Origin: Fimbriosthenelais zetlandica
Lineage: Eukaryota
Assembly (NCBI GenBank): GCA_977030845.1
Contig: OZ365109.1
Location: forward strand, 52,824,001 to 52,888,000
DNA: 64,000 nucleotides
Direction: 5' to 3'
The notes beneath the pieces were generated by a model. That model did no database searches, was not told the DNA's origin, and worked only from the letters and a program-made list of their open reading frames with translations. Made by a program: the position numbers and the translations under genes. Position 1 is the stretch's first letter; every line of letters starts with the position of its first letter. Positions 1 to 10,800 of this stretch are shown one piece after another.

Positions 1-960
1 AACGAGCAAACTAGCGCGATTTTCAGCGGCGAAACGGTGAACTACAATACTAGATCTAGCAAAAGCTCTTTACTCCCTTCTCGGTTTGTTGGATAGATTG
101 TAGAATAGTTCACCTTTCTGCCGCTGCAAATCTCGGGTCGCTTCAGCGTGCTGGCTTGTTCCTTCCATAGAGTCCAATGCTAAGGTCTCAAATTGAGTTC
201 ATTTTCAAAAATCGAAATTTTAAATTAATTATAGTGCCATAAAACCCACATAGATACCTGGAGCTACTTCCAACTAAGAATAATCCGTTTGAATTGTAAT
301 TTTAGACCCATTATTTACAAAGTTATTCAACCTTTTCAACTTTTAGTGAGAGGGCGCTGTTTAGGTTTTTAAAAGGCCAAATTATAGGCCGGTATACGCG
401 CGGCCGATTTGCCAATTTCGCAGAAATCGGGGTTATCCTTCTTTTTCATCTCTGCTCTTTTGAGATTTATCTGTAGAGGTCATAAGTAATACATAACCGT
501 GGATTTGAGTGTAAATAATGTGTATTAGGTAGAGAAAAGCCGATTTGAGTGGACTGGCAAACCGGCTCTGTAGCACACATTCCTGTAATCGTGAGTGATT
601 TTTAACATTGGACCTATGGACGGGACACTTTTGCTGAATCCAATGGATTTAGACAGGTTAGAAGCATAGAATCGGGCCGAATTTTTTGGGGAGGGTTGGG
701 TGGGGCGCAGGGGGTAGACATGGGGGTAGGAGTCGAGATTGGGGGCCGGGGAGGGGTCCGGGGGGCTCAATATTTTTTTAACATTGGAGCCTATGGGCAG
801 TACCCACAGATCGAGTTTGATATTCCAAGCGATTTTGACAGGTTAGACGTTTCAAATCGGGCTGGGGTTTTGGGAGTGAGTTTACTGTTGGTAAAAGTGC
901 TAGGGGTAGAAGTTGGGGGAAGGGGAGGGGTCCGGGGTTCAAAATAATTATAAACGTTGA
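1..960. mobile_element. Probable non-autonomous transposon body (left end outside window)
   Basis: Imperfect 27-bp inverted repeat (19-45 / 106-132). Motif TTAACATTGGA(G)CCTATGG at 602 and 778 with an inverted copy at 165-183. Degenerate ~176-bp G-rich duplication over 601-960. Family unassigned. Confidence 0.45.
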
Positions 961-1021
961 GATCCAGCCTTGCCTTGGGTAGGTGTTAATGAAGTGATAT
1001 AAGAACTTCACATAGTGTGTA

Positions 1022-1091
1022 AGCCGGGTAGCCTAGAGGTACGATACTCGCCTGCAACTCGAGAGACCAGGGTTCGTTTCCCGGTCTTGTC
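1022..1091 (+). pseudogene. tRNA-Gly-derived pseudo-tRNA / SINE-head-like Pol III unit (anticodon position reads GCA)
   Basis: Gapless similarity to eukaryotic tRNA-Gly(GCC) as I recall it (ATACTCGCCTGCAACTCGAGAGACCAGGGTTCGTTTCCCGG). A-box-like TAGCCTAGAGG, B-box-like GGTTCGTTTCC, T9 run at 1105-1113. Acceptor stem is broken. Confidence 0.65.
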
Positions 1092-3726
1092 GGTTTGGGC
1101 TTTGTTTTTTTTTAGTCCGAGTTCTCAAGGGGAGTTGGGGGTGGGGGGAATATTTTTGTCAACACTGATCGGAGTCAAATCCGATGCATTTAGGCCTAGA
1201 TGAGTTAGTATTTTTGATTGGTTGATACTACTACTAACCAAGTCACTGATGTCGCTCTTGAAGGCATTGATGAATGATGTCCCTCTAGAAGAGACATCGA
1301 ACCAACCCTAATTGTAGGCCTAAGTAAAAAATTCTTAATTAGGCCTAATATTTATCATATATAGGTATTCAATTCTAACACTTAATATATCTCTACCTAC
1401 AATATACCCTATACTGATTTAAACTACCGGTAGAGGTCAAGGATATATTTTAACTAATAAAACGAATAATATATTTTCTGCTGGAGGCTTTGCCTCGTTT
1501 CTAAGTATATACATCCATTTGTTAAATAAAGAAACTTAACAAGGTTTAGTTATTCCTGTTTTTTTTATTATAGTTTCCGTACCTACTTTCGTCATGAAAT
1601 GGATTCTACACTTATATGAGTAAAGGGTCAAGGTACCGGGGGCCTGGTCCCGGTTGCAGTCAATAATTATAAACATGAACAGTGACATGTGTATCGTAAC
1701 TGTAGAGAGAATGTGTGTATGGCATAAACCTCATCAGTCAAATCATTCTCATTAATTATTATTACATATATTCATTCACAAATTGACAATGCAGGGCAAG
1801 TATGAGTTATCAACATTATCAGTATGATATTATGCAAGTCAAGTAGTAATACATGAAGGTTAATAATCGGTTGGGGAAAGTTCACATTTTTGCCTGAATA
1901 TTAGAGCCAGCTTTATCATATTTTCTATGTCATAATATTGCATCAAACTTAATTGTTTTTTCTCTCCTGACGTCATGGTCCCAATTCAATAGATAAAAAT
2001 GCTAACTTTGTTTCATAATGTTTTAAAATGTTGACCATGAATAAAAATACAATAATAAAATTTCTGAAAACATGAGAAGTCATTTCAATATTTTTTCAAG
2101 CGAGTGACAGTTTTAACCTAAATCTCTCTCTTTTGTATTTTTAAGGAAAAAAGCAAGTAAGTTTGATGGATTCAGAATTCGCCTACCATAACCAAAATGT
2201 AATAAATAAATATCCACGTTAATGTATCATGACTAGTTGGGCTAGATCGCTTCTAAATCTCATATTTTTCCTCCTACGGGAGAGGCTGCTTAAACTTCAA
2301 ACACACACCAAACATTACCTTCAACACAGAAAGGAATGCTTCCAGTATTGCCTTTTTCACACTGATTTCTTCTGCAATATTAAGGTTGGCGTCATAGAAG
2401 TAACTCAGAAAATAATTACTATTATAAAATATAAAAATTGTATTAGTAAACTGGGTACTGAGCAATCTCTAAGATGCAATGCAATGGATTTTCAGTCATT
2501 CTTTCATACAGGAAAACATTGTCTTATAAATTATATTATGCAGAATTCTGAATTATTTACTAGAATATGTTGGAATAGATCCCAATTATGCATTTTTTCA
2601 CTTGGAAACTTCGCGTAGCTTCTAATTTTGATTTAGCATAAATGAGGAAGTCTTTTTCAAAACTGTGTTGAAATATCAATAAGTAAAAATCATTCATCGA
2701 TGTTCAGGCCCATATACAATCATACAGGTCAGGGCAGATGAGTATAGTCAAGGAGTGCAGGCTATTTTATGGTTAAATATGTATGAGAAAATACAAACGG
2801 GGACATGATTCAACTCGCCCAATCTGATACAATGGCATTTGTGCGTCAACTGCGGCCTTGACTTTGAACAGAAACATGCATGATAACCAATAAAAACTCT
2901 GCAGTTAGACTTGCCTTTCTCACCCCCAAAATATCTACAATATATAAACAGAGAGACAAAATGTAACTAAAAGAACCACCCAACTTCTCATACAAGGCAT
3001 TTAAATAGGCAGTCTAGTGAGGAGTACAATACATTATTATAATAAAGTAACATATTATGATATAATACACAAGACATGGGATGTTTCCATGTTATGCAAT
3101 GTAGGATGAAGTGAACATCATTTTTTATGAATAATATGACTATGGCTCGGGTATTCGGAAGCTCATACTTCTTAGCTATTATTATGCTTATTTTCTCAGA
3201 CAAACAATCTCCTGGTGGATTTGTATAAAATTTGTATCAGGAATATAACATCCTTGACCATATACAATGATACAACTAATACCTATCACCTGAAAATACA
3301 GTCATGCAACACTCTGCATACACAAACTTGCCAAAAAGCAATCTCGTAACAATGATGCACTATTTCATCCTCCCTAATATAAGATATATAGTCAGTCAAA
3401 ATACAATGGCCTGATGGATACTTGAACGACCCGTTTGTCTATATATATTCAGCATTATTTCCTAGAGAATTCATATTATCTTCCAACATTGTTGGAGTTC
3501 TATTTTTTTTTATCATGAAGGGTAATATTTTTAACATCTCGCTACAACCATCCTGTCCACATTCACCATGATTGTGTAGTAGTTATAATAAATAGCACCA
3601 GATAATGAGTTGCATTGAGATGTTTGGTATGAAAAGGCACTTAATGCACTTTGCTGCTTTTAGTCAGTGAAGATCTGTATTATAGAAATTTAGATCCTGA
3701 CGTTGGCTTAGATGTGATACAGGCAA

Positions 3727-3732
3727 TTTATT
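3727..3732 (-). other. Candidate polyadenylation signal AATAAA for the laminin transcript
   Basis: First AATAAA I found on the minus strand after the stop (about 970 nt downstream). Another lies at 1564-1569. No transcript evidence. Confidence 0.3.
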
Positions 3733-4697
3733 TCTGCTGCTAAATTGTAGACAATTTTGCTGCAAGAATGTTCAACAGTTGCATCTATAAAATTGTTAGA
3801 AATAAGATAATGACAAATAAATGACCCAGTATTTATAAAATAATTTCATGTTATGCTTTTAAAACACGCTATACTCTGCTTGGCGAAGATATAAAAGTGA
3901 AGGTCCACGACATTTGTAAGTGCATATATACGGAGTAAAAGTCAGAAACTAGTTACTTTTCATTTATAAATTTCATGTTAAAATATTAGAAGACATAGAG
4001 TATAAAATATTATCTCGCCAGTGAGTTTTTCAGTGGATTATTACAAGTAAGTACATTATGTAAAATATAAAACTTAACAAGCTGTATACTTGATAAAAAG
4101 TTAATATTAAAAATATTTAAAAAGTTTGTTGTCTGATTAATGAATGAGATGAGGTAAGAGAAGTCAGTCATGACACTGGAGGGATTAATTTTTGATTTTC
4201 ACATGATAGTCGTAGGTCTGTTTGAACAACATGCTCGCCTCCAGTGCAGAGTTCTGCACACAACTCGTGGATTTAACTCCATGTTTTACATATATACACA
4301 TCCACCCAAGCATGCGCTGCAGAGCTCTATATTTGCTATACCTCCAAATGACATGTCAATCATCCTACAAGACCACGCCCCCTATTTTTGTCCGACCTGA
4401 CCCGGCAGTCAACAAAACCTCCTCCTTAAAACACCATTATGTACAACTTTTTTTAAAATCGAAGGGGGCGGGGCCTAGAGGTTACAAGTGTCAATAAGGC
4501 ACACATATAAGGAGCTGTCAGACCAAAAAATGTTCCCATAAGATAAGACCACGCCCACTAAATTCACCACTCGCACTTTCTGTACAAATACATATATAAA
4601 GAATATAACTATATATTTATATTTCTACCGCCCATTCTCTTGGCATGGACTGGCGCTTTGTAAATGGGCGGAGCTAAGGATCTAAAGAAGGAGTGGT

Positions 4698-4850
4698 TTA
4701 ACCGGTGGGGTCCGTGGGTTCAAGCTTGATGCGGTTGAAGCAGTCACGAGGGATGGTTTCGTTGATTATTCGCACATTCTCTACATCTGCTCGCAGTTTT
4801 GTCAGATCAATAGTGTACATATTAATCCATTCTTGATGCTCATTTCTTGC
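4698..4850 (-). CDS. LAMC1: Laminin gamma last coding exon with stop
   Basis: ttcttcag|GCA AGA...GGT TAA; [50 protein letters not shown]; 153 nt. Confidence 0.95.
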   Translation of the reverse strand, partial: ARNEHQEWINMYTIDLTKLRADVENVRIINETIPRDCFNRIKLEPTDPTG

Positions 4851-7800
4851 CTGAAGAAAAAAAATATTACAGATTTTAATAAAAATAACATTGGCAGATT
4901 ATTAAAACGAGTTGCAAGCATTTAGCTGTCTGCGGCAGTAAGGAGGGCTCTCGCCCCTTGACGACCAAGCCTGCAAATTCCATATGGAACAGATCAAAGG
5001 GCCGGCATGTTTCTGTTTCGTTAGGCTGTCAAAAACTCAAAAATAAAACAGAGGAAGGAAACCGGACTATCTGTCCATGTTAGCTAGTTTGTACTTACTT
5101 GTATTAGTCTGTCGTACCGCTCATCAAGCTGTGTTGAGTTAATCTCGCGCTCTGCCTCTAACATACTGTTCTCCAACTCTTCTAACTGTGTCAAGTCTAT
5201 TCGTTCTAAATTATCTGTGTGTAGAGAAAGTACAACATAATTATTGAACAAAAATATAAATATTATTTAAATTTTTCTTTCCTTCTAGAGTACTTTACCA
5301 CCAGTATTAGGAAAAAGAATAAAAACAATTTTCTCTACATAAATAATATTTAAGGTCGTTTTATTTGCAATTTTCTTGCTTTCATCTGATTTGATGAATT
5401 GCAATTGTCTTGATTTTATCCTATTTTTCTTTATCTTAATTTGAAAATTTAGGAGATTTAAGTTATACGTACCTAGTTGGATTAGGATATCATTGACTGT
5501 ATCCAGAGCTTCTGTTACCATTGTAGACGAGGCGTCAGCTTTAGTCTTAGCTTCATCAGCTTTAGATAGCGCCTGAAAAAATGTTTATACAATTATAATA
5601 ATCACTTTACAACTGGTATTTCAGATAAGAAAGCAAGTCATCGATCATAGCATACGGTATAAAGGCTATATTGATACTTGAATTATCATCAAATTGTCAG
5701 TGATTGACATTTAATAGGTCAGGGATTCTGGGTGCTGAGGGAGGGCTGCCAGGCTTCAAGGGGTGACAAAGAGAGTGAGACAAAAAGAGAGAGAGAGACA
5801 GGGAGATGAAAAGGAAACAGCATTTGGTAAAATGCAGGGTAAAAGTGGTGGGGAGAGTGTCTATAAAAGACAATACTAACATCTTTAGCCTTCATCTTGT
5901 CATCCTCGGCCTGTGTTTCAAAAGCAGAGAGTCGGTTATCAGCATCAAACACGTCAGCTGCCACGTCATCAGCCTTCTTCCTCAAGTCATTAGCTTCTAA
6001 CTTAGTGGTATCTGACTTCACACGTATATCACCAGCCTCCTGAAAATAGTACATCAAAATAGAAAATCACTATCAGGCGGTTTGTGAAATGAACAAGGAC
6101 CAATTTCTTTCTATTCCAACACCTTCCAAAACATGAGAAATAATTTTCATTAAATATACACCAATTCATTGTTATACATGTAATAATTTTCAGTCTTATT
6201 GTCCAGGGTTCCCGCGGTATGGAGATGATAAAATTTAAGACTTTTTTAAGACTTTTTAAGAAATATAATTTCCGTTTTTAAGACCTAAAATACAAACTTT
6301 CTGACAATGGATAGTCGACAAAATTGCCAGTTAAATCATTGGAAAATCGTTAGTAATGTCGTCGGAAGTGACGTCAACAAATTTAAGACTTTTTTAAGAC
6401 CTTTTAGACCAAAAAGGCCGAAATTTAAGACTTTTTAAGGCCTTAAATTTTTCACCACCAATTTAAGACTTTTTAAGACATTTTAATGCCGCGTTGTCGC
6501 CAGTCTGCCACACCAGTGACGGATGACCTTCAATTAACAGAAGGTACTTACAGTTGACGCCTGACTGGCCGTCTCCCTGGCATCCTGAGCGACATCACGA
6601 GCCATGCTGGCATCAGTATCAGCACCAGCTAGGTTATTATCAGCGTCTGACGTTTTACGTTCAGCCTCCAGGATCTCGTCTTGTATCTGAGGTATTCTCT
6701 CCAGCGCCTTGGCAGCGTCCGCCTTGCTCTCCTGGACCCGCTCGTGGAACTGTTTCAGTGTTTTCAGTGTGTCGTTGGCATCACGCAGCGTTGTCTCGGC
6801 CTTGTTGACGGCATCACGGGCGATGTCACGGGCGACATCAGCGTCTGCTAGCAGCTCGTCAGCGATCTGTTGCTGTCTCATGCCGTTCTCCAACATGGTT
6901 TCTGCTTCCTGACGTTGGCTCTCAACATCTTCCATCAGGTTACGGTGCTGCTCTATCAACCTGTCAGCATCCTCCTTAATTTGCTGGGACTGAATTTAAA
7001 ACGAAAATATTAGACGAAAATATCCTAAGACGGAATACTAAAAACACTATTCTAAATGACTCCGGAAATGTCTATGACTTTACCTAGAGTTTAAATTTTG
7101 CATCAGTTTTCGGTTGGCCTTTGATATCCAGTTAGCAGGACTGGATAAGGACCCGATAATGACAATTTGAGGAATGCTGGGCCATGGGCAAGTGAGCCTC
7201 ACATTACCCCAGCATGGGCATTCTTTCTATAAGTGAACAGATAAGCTATACTGTAGGTTGGGGTACTGCCTTACCTCGTCTTTGATGTCGCTGGCCTCCT
7301 GTCGGAGCTGCTCCACGTCCACTATGGGAGTACTCAGCTCCTTAGCTTCACTGTAAATCTCCAGAGCGTCCTTGTAGGCTGTGGTGGCCTGATCCAGGGC
7401 ACGTTCAGACAGGGAGCGTGTCTGGTTAAACAATACCTCAGCGTCCTTCACACTGCAGAGCAAATGTATTTGTTTAAAAATTAAAAAAAAATATTGAAGT
7501 AGTTTAAAAGACATTTTTGTCAATTTTGTCAATTCAGGATTTTTATACAACACATCAAAGGGCCTAGTGGGGCAAAAACAGATGATCTTTTGCCGAATCA
7601 AATTTTATCCCATTTTGTTTCTAAACTTGCTCTGATATAAGGTTAGAATAGATGATATATTACATAGATAATGTCAGAATAGATGAGCAATTATGATGAC
7701 TTACTCTCTCTTTATTTCCTCTATCTCCAGCATGGTGTCGCCTGGTTTGCGGAGTGTCTCCTGAGCTATCCTTAATGCCTCGCGTGACGTGTTCAAAGCT

Positions 7801-10800
7801 TTCTTGGCGGTCTCATCAATACGCTCAGCTTCCTCCTCTTGTCTGAAATCATGATTTACAAATTTAATTAATAAATCCTTTGTGAAAGACAAGACACAGT
7901 ATTAGTGCCCCGTTTTATAATCTATAGTAATACGATGTATTTTAAACGAGTGTATTAGCTATATAATAAATAATCAGATATATATAATTTAATCAGATAT
8001 ATATGATTTAATCAGATATATATGATTTAATCAGCTATATATAATTTAATCTTATAATATATGATTTAATCAGCTATATATAATTTAATCTTATAGATAT
8101 GATTTAATCAGCTATATATAATTTAATCTTATATATATGATTTACTCAGATATATATGATTTAATCAGCTATATATAATTTAATCAGCTATATATAATTT
8201 AATCTTATATATATGATTTAATCAGCTATATATAATTTAATCTTATAGATATGATTTAATCAGCTATATATAATTTAATCTTATATATAATTTAATCTTA
8301 TATATATGATTTAATCAGATATATATGATTTAATCAGCTATATATAATTTAATCTTATATATATGATTTAATCAGATATATATGATTTAATCAGCTATAT
8401 ATAATTTAATCAGAGTAATAGAGCGGTTCAGTAGAGATCATCTACCTCTCAGCCTCTTCGCGCGCCTCCTTGGCTATGTCTGTCATACGTTTGGATTGTT
8501 GACCAAATCGCTCCTGTGCCTCTTTAGCTTTACGTAAGGCATCTTGTCCCTCCATCTCTATATATTTCTCTGCTTCTCTTAATGCTGTCTCTGCCTCGCC
8601 TATGGCCCGTTCTGAGTAGGAAAATTTGAACAAATGTTAAGTTTCTTCTAACATTTTCGCACATTTCCTCGTTTCTAAGGCAGAGACTATAAGATTCTCC
8701 GTAATTATATTTCTCCAAATAATAGTAGAGTGAGATATAGTACTTAAAATTTTAAATTTTCCAACCGAGGAAACTTCATGTTAAGAGTTAAAAACCTATA
8801 TTTATGAATAATGGGCACCAAAAGTGAGATTGTAATAAGTGTTAGTTATTGTACCTGCACCACTGATGTCGGTCTGTGAGTTTTTAGATGACTGGCGGGC
8901 GTCTGTAAGGTGGGAGTGGATCTCTCCTGCCTCCTTCATTAACATCATAATGGCATCCTGAAGCTGCTGCATCTGGTCTCCAATAGGTCCATCAGCTCCT
9001 GGAAATTATCGTCAAAATATAGTCAGTATTCTTATTTCTAAACATGATATTCAGATATATCTATCAGGAAAAGCATATATCCATTTTTGTTTTTATATAT
9101 ATGTGGATTTAATCAAATATTCTGAGCCTTTAGAAGTCTCGTAACTCACTCAATTTGTTGGCCCCGATATGATTACAAATGTACTCATATCTCAATTAGA
9201 AATAATAAACCAAGTTCACTCACCCACGGCCCTCCTAGCATCTTGTACCAGAGCGTTCACTGTATCGTTGACCTCTGACATGCGCATTCTGAAGTCAGTA
9301 TCGTTGATCTTGCCAGGGTTTTTACCAATATTCTCTATCAGCTCTCTCAGCTCATTCAGCTTGTCACGATGGATGTTCACTCTGTCCTGGACGAGGCTGT
9401 AGCAGGCCGGGCAGTCTGAAAAATGTACAACTTATTAATGCTGGAAAATTTTCAACAGAGCTTATAAAAGAGGCAATGAATCATTCTTCTGCAAAACTTT
9501 TCAAGGTAAAGTTTGATTCTAAATTGATTTTAAGTTAAGGATTGCCACAGAAAATCAAAATTTCTAGGAATTTTACAATGGGACGAGCAGGGCAGTTTCC
9601 ATTTTTTATTAAAATAATGTTTTTATTAAAATAATGTTCATACATCTACATCAATTATATCCATTTATATTTTATTCCTGAAAAGATTCTATTTCATTAT
9701 GTTGAGTAAGTTTATAATATCTGTGTGGCTTACCTATACAGCCTAGTGTAATGTTGTACTTGTTCTCCATACAGCGGTCACACTGACGGCCTTCCACGTT
9801 AGTGTGACACTTACAGTTACCATTGATAGAGTCACACTGCAGATCAAACGAGCCCTCAGGGTTACATTCACAGGCTGCAAAATAGTGTCAAATAAGTTAT
9901 TATTATATCAAGTCAGTTTTAGTGATTTATGAGATAAGTGTTAATTCTGTGACTTATATACAGTAAAACTTCAATATAGCTAACATTAAACGTTTGGGAA
10001 CTGTAAAGAAGTATTGGTTACCTATTATGAGCTGTATACAACAATACAAGAAAACTGATTGAAAAAGTGTTCAGTGGCATTCCTTAACCAGAGGTCTTCA
10101 CTCAATAAACCTTCACTCAATAGAGCTTTACTGCATTTTTATTGTATGAATTTCTGCAATTTTCATTGGTGACAATAAGAGTCCATTTTTTAAAAATATT
10201 TTACCTTGACATCCTGTCTCTGAGAAGCCAAAGTGGTAGGGTAGACACTCTCCACATCTCTGTGAAGTAACACCAGGCTTACAGTAGCACTGACCCGAGG
10301 TGATATCACAGGTGATGTTATGAGAGCCAGTCAGGTCACAGAAACATGGCTCACATCCTGCAGACAAGAAAATAAAGTCATTAACATTACAACAACTATC
10401 ACTAAATCACACACAAACAACTACTAATATAATCACATTTAAACACATCAATCATAATTCAGAAAGAAAACTCTAATAATGACTTATTCTATGATTCTAT
10501 GATTGGGCATTGACATTACTAAAATCATCGAGAGAGATTTGTCCTGAATTGTATTCATTTATGAGATTTTTTAAAAACAAACCTAACAATAAGCGAAAGA
10601 TCAATTTTAGCATTAGTGCACGACTAAAGCATCAGCTTATAAACATTTATTATTTCTAATAAATTCTAATGTTTTTTTCCATAACTAAAATGTTTTGTGA
10701 CAAATATGTAAGCTTATAGGCTATATCTAAAACTCCAAACAGAAAACTTTTGGTGCCCAATACCGCTGTACCTTTACAAATGACTACACAGATCTAAATT

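Noticed and set aside
1022-1091. Functional tRNA-Cys(GCA)
   Set aside because: The body resembles tRNA-Gly, the acceptor and D stems pair poorly, and the T-loop is TTCGTTT. Kept only as a pseudo-tRNA.
2319-2371. Possible minus-strand exon of a downstream gene (EEISVKKAILEAFLSVLK with AG/GT ends)
   Set aside because: No phase-compatible neighbouring exon found, and it may lie within the laminin 3' UTR.
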